Assembly: GCA_965249725.1 (NCBI GenBank) | Contig: CBDFMQ010000002.1 | Span: forward strand, 448,001-512,000 | Origin: Longimicrobiales bacterium | Lineage (GTDB): Bacteria; Gemmatimonadota; Gemmatimonadetes; Longimicrobiales; Gaopeijiaceae | DNA: 64,000 nt | Direction of reading: 5' to 3' | Part shown: in pieces, positions 43,287-51,769 of the stretch | Position numbering within the stretch: position 1 is the first letter of the stretch | How the letters are laid out: each line of letters begins with the position of its first letter | The notes under the pieces: model-generated | Told to the model about the DNA's origin: nothing | Databases searched by the model: none | Seen by the model: only the letters and a program-made list of their open reading frames with translations | Made by a program: the position numbers and the translations under genes

Positions 43287-44285
43287 ATGAGCGCGAGTTT
43301 TCAGCGATCACGGGCCGTCACGGTCTTCCTTGGGGTCTGCCTGCTCGTTTTCGTCCGAGGCCTCTGCGCCCAGGCCGGAACCGTGACGGACGAAGAGAAT
43401 TTTCGCGCTCTGCCGAACGGGACCTTGCTGGGCCAACTCTACCCGGGCGCGGACCTGGCCGTGCTGGATACCTCTGGGGATTGGCTGCAGTTCGAGCTGG
43501 GGGGTTGGGTCTGGACCCCGTCGCTTCAGGTGGTGGGTCGGGGCGACTTCGATCTGGTCGTATCGGCCGTGGAGGGTGAGAACGTTCGTACCATTCCGTC
43601 CGGCGACATCATCGGCCATTTGGAGGAGGGGACTCTGCTCCAGGAGGTCGAACGCGTGCCCGGTTGGGTGAGGGTGCGCCGCACTGCCTGGATCTGGAGT
43701 CCGTCCGTGGCGCTGGAGGAGCCGAGTTCCGGAGAGTCGGCCGGGGCCGTCGACGTCGCCCTCGCCGAAGAGTGGACCATCAGGGGGGAGACCGATGCGG
43801 CGATCCTCAGCACGCCGGATGGAGATACCCTGGCCGCCGCGGCACCCGGGGCGAACCTGAGGATCCTCGCGAGAGAGGGGAACTGGGCCAGGGTCCGGAT
43901 GGACGGTTGGCTGTGGCTTCCCGAGGGAACGGCAGTAGAGGGCGAGACCACGATCCTCACGGACGTGAGCATTCAGGACGTCTCGGCGTCACCACTCGAG
44001 TATCGAGGCCGCGTTCTGCAGTGGGACGTGCAGTTCATCTCGCTGGAGCGCGCTGAGAAGATCCGCACCGACTTTTATGAGGGAGAGCCCTTCCTGCTCA
44101 CCAAGACGGGCCGCGGGGAAGGTGTCTTCGTCTATGTGGCCATTCCGCCGGAGCGGATTCAGGAGGCGGAGGGTCTGAGTCCCCTGGAGCGAATCAGGGT
44201 CGTCGGGCGTGTCAGAACCGGGGCCGCGACCCTCACGGGCAGTCCCATCCTCGAGCTGCTGGCTTTGTCGACCATTCCTCGGTGA
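43287..44285 (+). CDS. Secreted protein with about three SH3b-like repeats and a C-terminal OB-fold-like domain
   Basis: Repeated ENxR..P.G..(L/I)G.L..G...W..V...(G/A)W(V/I/L)W segments; C-terminal YRGRVLQW...IRVVGRV. Confidence 0.6.
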   Translation: MSASFQRSRAVTVFLGVCLLVFVRGLCAQAGTVTDEENFRALPNGTLLGQLYPGADLAVLDTSGDWLQFELGGWVWTPSLQVVGRGDFDLVVSAVEGENVRTIPSGDIIGHLEEGTLLQEVERVPGWVRVRRTAWIWSPSVALEEPSSGESAGAVDVALAEEWTIRGETDAAILSTPDGDTLAAAAPGANLRILAREGNWARVRMDGWLWLPEGTAVEGETTILTDVSIQDVSASPLEYRGRVLQWDVQFISLERAEKIRTDFYEGEPFLLTKTGRGEGVFVYVAIPPERIQEAEGLSPLERIRVVGRVRTGAATLTGSPILELLALSTIPR

Positions 44286-46474
44286 TGGACATGCGAATGC
44301 ATCGGCTCCGAGCTGGAGTCGCATTGCTGGCATCGTTGAGCGTCGCCACCTGCTCGAAGGACGGGACCACCCAACCGCCCACGACCGACCTCGAGTTGGT
44401 GGCCGTGTCGGGAGGGGGTCAGTTCGGCCCCGCGGGTCAGTTGCTCATCGATCCCCTGATGGTGGCCGTCCAGGGAAGCGGCGATGGGCGACCCGCCGCG
44501 GATGTGACGGTGGATTGGACGGTCACCGAGGGTTCTGGGGCCGTGTTGGGACCGGCAACCAGCTCCAGCGACTCCACCGGGCTCACCACGACGGTGTTTC
44601 GGCTGGGGGCGGCGTTGGGTCGGTACCGAGTACAAGCCCGACTGCGAGATCAGCCGGAGCGATTCGTCGAATTCGAGGCCTGGGCCGTGCTGCCTCCGGC
44701 CCTCACCTCTTTGTCCTCGGCGGAAGCCGAGGCGGGGCAAGTGATCACGCTCGAAGGGGACAACTTCAGCTCGATCGCCCCTCACAACATCGTCCTGTTC
44801 TCGGGGATTCGCGGCTCCGTCGTGGCTGCGCAGCCGACACAACTCTCCGTGGAGGTGCCCCCCTGTCTCCCGAGCAGGTCGGTGGAGGTCTCGGTCCGAC
44901 TGGGAGGCGAGGCGAGCGGAGAGCTACCCCTGGCCGTCGAAGCTGCCGGGGACGGTCTGGACTTCGACGTCGGCGCGGACACTACCGTGGTGATTGGAGA
45001 GGCCCCTTCGTGTGTGCGTCTTGCCGCGGGGAATTGGCTTGCGGTGCCGCAGTCGGTGAGCTCGATCGGAGCGGCACGGTTCGACTATCGACTGACCGGC
45101 TTGCGAAAGCCGGTCGTGATCGCGTCTGGCCAGGCCCAACCGCCGGCTCGGTTGGTCGAGGCGCCGTTGCCAGGAAAGACCGCTTCCGCGGCGGGGTCTG
45201 TCCGGGAGGAGTGGAAGCTGTTCCTCAGATCCGTCGAGAAGCGGCTCTTGGGGCGAGGGCGTCGGGCCTTGGAGGGGCCGGCTCTGTCGCCTTCGGCTCT
45301 GTTGCCTCCGGCCCCCGATGTGGGCGATCGAAGGGACTTTGAGGTGGTACGCAGCGACGGAGACTTCGACCAGATCACTGCAGAGGTACGGGTGATCTCG
45401 GAGCGAGCGATTCTATACGTCGATGTCGAAGCGCTGGCCGATTTTCCACAGCAGGATGTCGAGCGTTTCGGCACCATCTTCGATGATCCGATCTACACGG
45501 TCGACGCCGCCGCCTTCGGCAATCCGTCCGACGTGGACCAAAACGGCAAGGTGCTCATTCTCTTCACCCCCGGCGTCAACCGGCTCACCAGCCCGGGGTC
45601 CAGCGATTTCGTGGGGGGGTTCTTCTTCGGTCTCGATCTGTTCACCGAGGCCGAGCACAGCAACGCGGCTGAGGTCTTCTACGTGATGGTGCCCGATCCG
45701 ACGGGCAAGTACGGGAACGTGCAGAACCTCGACGTCATTCGGACGACCGTGCCGGCCATTCTCGCCCACGAGCTGCAGCACATGATCAGCCACAATGAGA
45801 GGATCATCGAGCGCGACGGCGAGCGTGCCGACGCACTCTGGCTCTCCGAGGCTCTAGCCCAGATGGGCGAGGACCTGGTCGGAGAAGAGTTGCGGAGGAG
45901 GGGGAGCTCCGAGGCTGCGGACTATCAGAAGGGCAATTGGCGACGCGCGAATCGCTTCCTCGAGGACCCGGCGGACGTGAGCCTGATCGTCGCCACCGGC
46001 CAGGGAACGCTCGCCGAGCGCGGTGCGGGATGGATGTTCGTTCGCTATCTGAGGGATCAGGCCGGGAGCAACGCCGTGCTGGTGCGGTTAACGCAGACCA
46101 CGCTTACCGGTATCGACAACGTCGAGGAGGTGACGGGTGAGTCTTGGGAAGACCTGTTCTCGGACTGGAGTGCGGCTATTGCGGTTGAGGGCCAACTCGC
46201 AGAGGGCGGCCCGCTGTCTGTCCGTTCTGGTCTGGAGTTTCCCGGTGTGGACCTCGTGGAGACCTTTACCGAAGGGGTTGGAGACTATTCGTTGATCCCC
46301 ACTCTGCTCACCGTTGGTGACTTCAATGCCAACGGGCGACTTTGGTCGTCGGCGGGTGCACACTTCTTGCTGGGAAGTGGGGAGGGCGGATTGGCCCTGA
46401 GTCTGGCCGGAGCGGAGGGGGGAGTGGCTCCTCCTCAGGCCGGTCTCCGGCTCAAGCTCGTGAGGTTGTTCTAG
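44282..46474 (+). CDS. Lipoprotein with Ig-like/IPT domains and a gluzincin-type metallopeptidase domain
   Basis: VATC lipobox-like site; SGGGQFG/VDWTV Ig-like segment; ITLEGDNF IPT-like segment; LAHELQHMI...WLSEALA. Confidence 0.75.
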   Translation: MMDMRMHRLRAGVALLASLSVATCSKDGTTQPPTTDLELVAVSGGGQFGPAGQLLIDPLMVAVQGSGDGRPAADVTVDWTVTEGSGAVLGPATSSSDSTGLTTTVFRLGAALGRYRVQARLRDQPERFVEFEAWAVLPPALTSLSSAEAEAGQVITLEGDNFSSIAPHNIVLFSGIRGSVVAAQPTQLSVEVPPCLPSRSVEVSVRLGGEASGELPLAVEAAGDGLDFDVGADTTVVIGEAPSCVRLAAGNWLAVPQSVSSIGAARFDYRLTGLRKPVVIASGQAQPPARLVEAPLPGKTASAAGSVREEWKLFLRSVEKRLLGRGRRALEGPALSPSALLPPAPDVGDRRDFEVVRSDGDFDQITAEVRVISERAILYVDVEALADFPQQDVERFGTIFDDPIYTVDAAAFGNPSDVDQNGKVLILFTPGVNRLTSPGSSDFVGGFFFGLDLFTEAEHSNAAEVFYVMVPDPTGKYGNVQNLDVIRTTVPAILAHELQHMISHNERIIERDGERADALWLSEALAQMGEDLVGEELRRRGSSEAADYQKGNWRRANRFLEDPADVSLIVATGQGTLAERGAGWMFVRYLRDQAGSNAVLVRLTQTTLTGIDNVEEVTGESWEDLFSDWSAAIAVEGQLAEGGPLSVRSGLEFPGVDLVETFTEGVGDYSLIPTLLTVGDFNANGRLWSSAGAHFLLGSGEGGLALSLAGAEGGVAPPQAGLRLKLVRLF

Positions 46475-46569
46475 CGGCTGCCATGGCCGATGAGAGGCTG
46501 AATCTTCTCCGGAACGAACACGTAGTGTCGAGTGTCTACCTTGAAGGAAGACTCCTGCGTCGAGGCTGA

Positions 46570-47367
46570 ATGCGCTGTTCTACCTGTGGTGAGCATCTAA
46601 GAGAGCACGAAACCGCTTGTCCCACGTGTGGGGTGGCGGTTTCGTCTCGCTCTATCGTGCGTCCGGTGGGGGTGGGCGTTCGGAATTGTCCTCGGTGCGC
46701 CTACGTCGGGAACGGAATCGAGTACTTCAAGCGGCCCGGACACATGGGTCTCCTCATCGGCGTTTCGCTCTTCACGTATGGACTGGGGGGACTGGCGTAC
46801 TGGCTGGCCCGCCGGAAACACCGCATCTGCCCGCAGTGTGGGCTCGGCTGGGAGAACGCGGCGGTGCTCGGACCCGGCCAGGGGCGTGCGCCTGCGTTGG
46901 CCGGGGTCACCGGTGCCGGTCCTCAATTCGGGGCGGATGAAGAGCTTCCCAGACGCGGACTCGCACGGAGAGTGATCGGTGTGGGCATGGTGCTCGCGGC
47001 GGCGCTGATGATTTCGGTCGGCTTCGTCAATTTCGAGTTGGCCGCCGTGGCCGTCGGGAGCGTGCTGGGTGCGGGCGGCACCGGCACCATTTGGTGGGGT
47101 CTCAAGGCCCGCCAGGATCGCCGGAATGCGCTCATGACGCGATTGCAGGGAAGCGTCCTACTCCTGGCCACCGAAAAGGGTGGAACGCTCACCGTGACCG
47201 AGGTAGCCGCCTCACTGAACCTGTCCTTGTCAGCTGCGGAGGGTGTGCTGGAAGGCATGGACGACGGGCTCAGGGTCCGGTCCGACGTGACCAACCAGGG
47301 CATCATCGTGTACGAGTTTCCCGAGGTCAGGCATCACCCCAGGCTCGAGTCGGGCTCGAAGAGCTAG
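46570..47367 (+). CDS. Zinc-ribbon membrane protein
   Basis: Four CxxC motifs, hydrophobic segments, C-terminal GGTLTVTEVA...YEFP wHTH-like tail. Confidence 0.65.
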   Translation: MRCSTCGEHLREHETACPTCGVAVSSRSIVRPVGVGVRNCPRCAYVGNGIEYFKRPGHMGLLIGVSLFTYGLGGLAYWLARRKHRICPQCGLGWENAAVLGPGQGRAPALAGVTGAGPQFGADEELPRRGLARRVIGVGMVLAAALMISVGFVNFELAAVAVGSVLGAGGTGTIWWGLKARQDRRNALMTRLQGSVLLLATEKGGTLTVTEVAASLNLSLSAAEGVLEGMDDGLRVRSDVTNQGIIVYEFPEVRHHPRLESGSKS

Positions 47368-48356
47368 ACCGGACCGTCCCCGGCCGCCGTGTATCCGGCG
47401 GACACCTCTTCCCTGGCTGTCGCCGCCCGGGCCAACCAAACGCCTCCGATGATGATCGCTGCGCCCGTCATCTGAAGAGCGGACGGTTCCTCACCAAGCC
47501 ACAACGCTGCGGTAATGAGCGCGACCACCGGGACCAGATTCGAGAATACCGACGTGCGTGCGCTGCCGATGTGCTCCAAACCGACGTTCCACAGCAAGTA
47601 GGCCACGGCAATGGCCAACACGCCCGCGTATGCGACCCCTGCCCAGGCCAGGGGCGAGACCGCGCGGAAGTCCATGCGCACGACCGCAGGGGCGCCGGCC
47701 ACGACGAGACCGAGGGTTCCGATCCACAGCGTCCAAGACGTCACAGCGAGGGCTCCGTAGCGACGCGTGAGATCCTGAGCTCCGACAGTGTAGACCGACC
47801 ACGTAACAGCGGCCGCCACCAGCAGTAGATCGCCTCGCGGCAGACCGTCGGAGTATCCCAAGGTACTGGCACCTCCCACGACCACGAATACCATGCCAGC
47901 CAGAGTCGCCAACACACCGATCCAGACGGCCACCGTATGCTGTTCCTGGCCCAACACGGTCGCGAGGACCAAGGTCCACACAGGCGTCGTTGCCAGAACG
48001 AGGCTGGCGTTGCCGGCAAGCGTGCCGTCGATGCCGAAGATGAACAGGAACTGATAGACCAGGTTGCCCAACAGGCCCAAGAGGACGATTCGGGCCCAAT
48101 GGGTCTTGTCCGGTATGGGGATGGGCCCGCGCCACCTCAACAGGGCGAACAACGTCGCGGCGGCGAGGGGAAATCGGAGGGCGTTGAACGCGAGGGGCTC
48201 GATTTCGAGCAGAGCCACCTTGATGACGGAGAAGTTCACTCCCCAGATGACACAAAGTGTTACGAGTCCGATGTCGATCCAGATTTCGGATCCGGTGACC
48301 GCGGAAGCAGGGGTTTGCGGCCCTCCGGGCCCATCACCTGCGGAATTGGGGGCCAT
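47364..48356 (-). CDS. DMT/EamA-family transporter
   Basis: IWGVNFSVIK, two EamA repeats, NLVPVVALITAALWLGE. Confidence 0.92.
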   Translation of the reverse strand: MAPNSAGDGPGGPQTPASAVTGSEIWIDIGLVTLCVIWGVNFSVIKVALLEIEPLAFNALRFPLAAATLFALLRWRGPIPIPDKTHWARIVLLGLLGNLVYQFLFIFGIDGTLAGNASLVLATTPVWTLVLATVLGQEQHTVAVWIGVLATLAGMVFVVVGGASTLGYSDGLPRGDLLLVAAAVTWSVYTVGAQDLTRRYGALAVTSWTLWIGTLGLVVAGAPAVVRMDFRAVSPLAWAGVAYAGVLAIAVAYLLWNVGLEHIGSARTSVFSNLVPVVALITAALWLGEEPSALQMTGAAIIIGGVWLARAATAREEVSAGYTAAGDGPV

Positions 48357-48376
48357 TCGAGGAGGCCTGGACGGGG

Positions 48377-48409
48377 GAGAACGTCACGCGAGAGTCACGA
48401 GAACGTCAC
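48377..48409. promoter_or_regulatory. Three 11-bp-period direct repeats ending in GTCAC
   Basis: GAGAACGTCAC / GCGAGAGTCAC / GAGAACGTCAC contiguous at 48377-48409. Confidence 0.6.
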
Positions 48410-48476
48410 CGTTGTTTTTCCAACTGGCGGTGCCTAGCTTGAAGCATCCCCCCACAAGCTAAATATTCCGGTGTAG

Positions 48477-50300
48477 ATGCCCACTTCGAACGTCCCACGC
48501 CTTGAAGACTACCGCAGCGGGCGGGCAAAACGGTCTGAGCAGACCGCGGCGCTTTACCGAGGAGATCCCGCACGGTCTTGCCTTTTGGGGCATCTTGCCT
48601 CGGCGCAAGAGTTGGTGGGGGCCGATCGGGCCGCTGTGGTATGGGTCGACGAGTATGGCCCAGGCTTGGTTCACGTCCATTGCCTACTCGATCTCGTAGG
48701 GAACCCTCCGCGACGCGATTCTGTAGCCCAGGCGTGCAGGGTAGCCTGGGGCAAGGGTGTGCCCGGTCTCCTCGATGTGCCGGACGTAGAGCGCGGCGGT
48801 GGAATCCCCATATCCGGGGTCCGCAGCTCTTGCTGCGTTGCGATGGGAAGCGATGGGACCCGCGCGTGGTTCCTGGTGGTCGACTCCCTGACACCTCGAT
48901 CGTGCTTGGCGGTCGAGGTCACCGACGAATTGATGTTCGTTGCGGGTGAAGCCGCTGCGGTGGTTCTCCATCAGGATCTGGACCGCAAGGCCACTGGCCC
49001 GAGGCGATTCGGAAAGAGTGCCAGTCCGGAGGCCGGTGAGACCTTCTCGGGATGGGCGATCCTCAAGGACCTCGACGGTCGTGAGGCGGACGCCGAAACG
49101 AATCGCCGCATCGCTACGCGCTTCCTCGTCGCACGTGCGGTGCGCTCCGCTCTGGACGAGGAGCTCACCATGGATCCCGAGGCTCTTCGGCAGCAGGTCG
49201 AAGGAGTGGGGCGTGAGCTCGACGCGGTAGAGCGGGGCGATCCCGAACGCACGGCCTGGGGAGAGGTCCTAGAGGCTCTCGGCTCCGGGGACGGGGTCGA
49301 GCTTGGACGTTCTCTCCTCGAGTTGGCGGATCGCGTGGACATGCTCGGGCACCTGCATGGGTCCCGCGAGCTGTGCAGTCTCGCCTACCAGGTAGCCGTG
49401 ACCTGTGGGTCTGGTGCGATCGCCGGTACCGCGGCCCGCTTCCTGGGTAGAACGCATCGGCGGCTCGGGGCGTGGGAGGACAGCGAAACTTGGTACGGCG
49501 TAGCCCAAAACCTGGGCGAGGCGCTCGGCGACGGGAGGCTCTCGGCTCTGGCCACGAACGGTCTTGGGAGCACCAGCCGCGAGAAGGGCAACCTGCCGCG
49601 GGCTCTCGAGCTGCACACCGAGACTCTGCAATGGGGCGTCGAGGACGGGGACCGCTACATCCAGGGGCTCAGTCATCACGATCTGATGACGGACCAGAAG
49701 CTGTCAGGGCGTTTCGGAGACGCGATTCGGCATGGCTGGGAGGCGGTTCGCCTCTATCCATCCGAGCGAGACCAGCTGCAGGCCCTCACCGACCTGGCAT
49801 GGGCGTTCGTCGAGGTGGGCGAGTACGGAGCTGCCGAGGATGCCTACACCGTGGTGGCGCATCGCACGCAGGACTTCAGATATCGGGTGTATGCGCTCGA
49901 CGCCCTGGCGTATATCGAGGCTCTCCTCGGGAGACGCGAACAGTTCGAGGATCGTATCCAGGCGGTTGACGAAACCCCCTGGAGGACCGGACAGCCCTTC
50001 ATGGTCTCGGAGCTACTCTACTACCGAGGCAAGGCGTACGGCCTTTTGGGCGACGTCGAACTGGCACAGCGTTGGCTTGCGGAGGCGAAAGCCTACTCCG
50101 AAGAACACGGCAACAACCAGATTTCATTCCAGGCGGAGACGGCCCTCGAAGCCCTCGAGTCTGGAGAACTCACGGATGAGGACGCGAGCGGCCGCGCCGA
50201 GCCCGTATCGCTCGACGATATCGATGGCGTCCGCACCGAGCTGAGCTCGATGCGGGGCCAGTTGGTTACAGCAGGTGGAGCGGAGGTACCGGCTACTTAG
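48477..50300 (+). CDS. Cytoplasmic protein with N-terminal GAF-like domain and C-terminal TPR array
   Basis: ADRAAVVWVD...CCVAMG...FLVVD...ELMFVAGEAAAVVL (GAF-like); repeated TPR helices such as FLGRTHRRLGAWEDSETWY, NGLGSTSREKGNLPRALELH and YYRGKAYGLLGDVELAQRWL. Confidence 0.75.
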   Translation: MPTSNVPRLEDYRSGRAKRSEQTAALYRGDPARSCLLGHLASAQELVGADRAAVVWVDEYGPGLVHVHCLLDLVGNPPRRDSVAQACRVAWGKGVPGLLDVPDVERGGGIPISGVRSSCCVAMGSDGTRAWFLVVDSLTPRSCLAVEVTDELMFVAGEAAAVVLHQDLDRKATGPRRFGKSASPEAGETFSGWAILKDLDGREADAETNRRIATRFLVARAVRSALDEELTMDPEALRQQVEGVGRELDAVERGDPERTAWGEVLEALGSGDGVELGRSLLELADRVDMLGHLHGSRELCSLAYQVAVTCGSGAIAGTAARFLGRTHRRLGAWEDSETWYGVAQNLGEALGDGRLSALATNGLGSTSREKGNLPRALELHTETLQWGVEDGDRYIQGLSHHDLMTDQKLSGRFGDAIRHGWEAVRLYPSERDQLQALTDLAWAFVEVGEYGAAEDAYTVVAHRTQDFRYRVYALDALAYIEALLGRREQFEDRIQAVDETPWRTGQPFMVSELLYYRGKAYGLLGDVELAQRWLAEAKAYSEEHGNNQISFQAETALEALESGELTDEDASGRAEPVSLDDIDGVRTELSSMRGQLVTAGGAEVPAT

Positions 50301-50536
50301 CCGTTGCCGCCCGGATTGTGCCCGTTACCACCGGGGTTATGTCCGTTGCCACCAGGATTATGCCCGTTGCCACCAGGATTATGCCCGTTGCCGCCGGGGT
50401 TATGGCCGTTGCCGCCAGGATTGTGAGTCTGGCAGAGGCTGTCACCGGCTGCGCAGTCCAGGCCTGCGGGCGATGAGCAGGCGCTCAGGGCGAACGAAAG
50501 GGCGGCGACGGCGAAACAGAGGCGAAGCTTGGTCAT
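50297..50536 (-). CDS. 79-aa secreted (lipo)peptide precursor ending in (HNPGGNG)x6
   Basis: GGAAGGA SD, MTKLRLCFAVAALSFALSA-C lipoprotein signal, short two-Cys linker, six identical heptapeptides with synonymous-only DNA differences. Confidence 0.85.
   Translation of the reverse strand: MTKLRLCFAVAALSFALSACSSPAGLDCAAGDSLCQTHNPGGNGHNPGGNGHNPGGNGHNPGGNGHNPGGNGHNPGGNG
50300..50425 (-). repeat. 21-bp coding tandem repeat x6 (HNPGGNG)
   Basis: 126 bp = 6 units of CAYAAYCCNGGYGGYAACGGN on the minus strand. Confidence 0.95.
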
Positions 50537-50668
50537 CAAACCAGTTTCCTTCCAGAAGAGAGACTCTGGCTGGGGAGTACGGTACGTCATAGCTTGGTTG
50601 TAAGGTGGATGCGGCATCTTTGGGTGCCGCAATCCTTTCCGACTAGGGGTATACCTTTTCCGAAGGTC

Positions 50669-51472
50669 ATGGCACTAGTAAGCACGTTTACACGGGATCC
50701 GGAGGTTCAGGCGGGCCTCCGAGAGGCGCTCTCGACCGTGCACGACGTCGCCGAGTCCAGGACGCTCGGATGGCTCGCGCTGTCGCTGCGAGAGCGTCCT
50801 GTGAGCGTGTGTATGATCGATTTGGCGTCGATGGGATGGGGTCCGGGCGGACTCGAGCGACTGTTGAGGGTGCGACGCCAGTTTCCGAGCGTCGGGTTCG
50901 TGCTTCTGGCGGGAGCCAAAGAGGATCCCCGGACGCTTTTCGAGGTGGGTCGCCTCGGTTTTCGGAGTCTGGTGGTGCTGAACACCGAGAATCAGGCGTG
51001 GCGGCTGCGCCGAAGCGTGGACAAGGCCCAGGAGAGGGGCGTGACGTCGCGTGTACTCCGCGAGGTGAGCCCCGAGATTGCGCCGCGCGAAACCAAGGCG
51101 CTCCGGCTGGTACTGGACGAGGTCCACAAGTGCTGGTCCGCCGAGGCCTTTTCCGACCTCATGGGCTTGTCCCGTCCCTTCCTGAGCGTCTGTCTGAAGA
51201 GGTCGGGCCTGCCGGCCATCGGACGTCTCCTCGTGTGGTCGAGACTCCTCCATGCCGGCAACTGGCTGGGAGATCCCGGACGGACGGGACAGAGTGTCAG
51301 CCGGCAGCTGGAGTACTCGTCCGGCGCGGCCTTCCGAAGGGCGCTGAAGAGCTACACCGGCGCCACGCCCACCACGGTGGCTTCGCATGGAGGTCTGACC
51401 TTCGTGCTCAGGCACTTTCTGCACGATTGCGGGTTTGAGACTCCGGCCACACCACGCATCTCCGTGGCTTGA
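50669..51472 (+). CDS. AraC-family transcriptional regulator with receiver-like N-terminal domain
   Basis: N-terminal RPVSVCMIDL...LLRVRRQFPSVGFVLL (REC-like); C-terminal WSAEAFSDLMGLSRPFLS and VSRQLEYSSGAAFRRALKSYTGATPT (AraC double HTH). Confidence 0.85.
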   Translation: MALVSTFTRDPEVQAGLREALSTVHDVAESRTLGWLALSLRERPVSVCMIDLASMGWGPGGLERLLRVRRQFPSVGFVLLAGAKEDPRTLFEVGRLGFRSLVVLNTENQAWRLRRSVDKAQERGVTSRVLREVSPEIAPRETKALRLVLDEVHKCWSAEAFSDLMGLSRPFLSVCLKRSGLPAIGRLLVWSRLLHAGNWLGDPGRTGQSVSRQLEYSSGAAFRRALKSYTGATPTTVASHGGLTFVLRHFLHDCGFETPATPRISVA

Positions 51473-51519
51473 TTTCGGCCTAAGCCGTTGGCCGCAACGC
51501 TCATCTCCAATCCAAGCTC

Positions 51520-51756
51520 ATGACTGAATTCCTGGACGAATCAGGACGCGCCTGGGTGGCGACCGTACGATCGGAGTCGGGTACGGACTACAAGGGCCGC
51601 TACTACCTGTACCTCGCGGAAGAAGGTGCGACCGACGCCGGAGTCAGCCTTCTGGACGTGCGGTGGAACAGCCCGGGCACGGCGGAACGAGCGCTCTCCA
51701 CGATGTCCGACGTCGAGTTGCGCAGGCGACTACGGTCAGCCCTGGGACGGGCCTAA
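51520..51756 (+). CDS. Small hypothetical protein
   Basis: 78-aa ORF with typical codon usage filling the gap between the AraC gene and dacB. Confidence 0.65.
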   Translation: MTEFLDESGRAWVATVRSESGTDYKGRYYLYLAEEGATDAGVSLLDVRWNSPGTAERALSTMSDVELRRRLRSALGRA

Positions 51757-51769
51757 GCTCCGACCGGGC

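Noticed and set aside
50300..50425. Repeat arrays here, at 11408-11512 and at 59012-59071 as possible CRISPR arrays
   Set aside because: Units are contiguous with no unique spacers, two arrays are in-frame coding repeats, and there are no cas genes.
48477..51472. Classical RiPP biosynthetic cluster around the repeat peptide
   Set aside because: No modifying enzyme (radical SAM, YcaO, LanM, ATP-grasp) or C39 transporter is adjacent, so a signalling or metal-binding role is preferred; enzymes acting in trans cannot be excluded.
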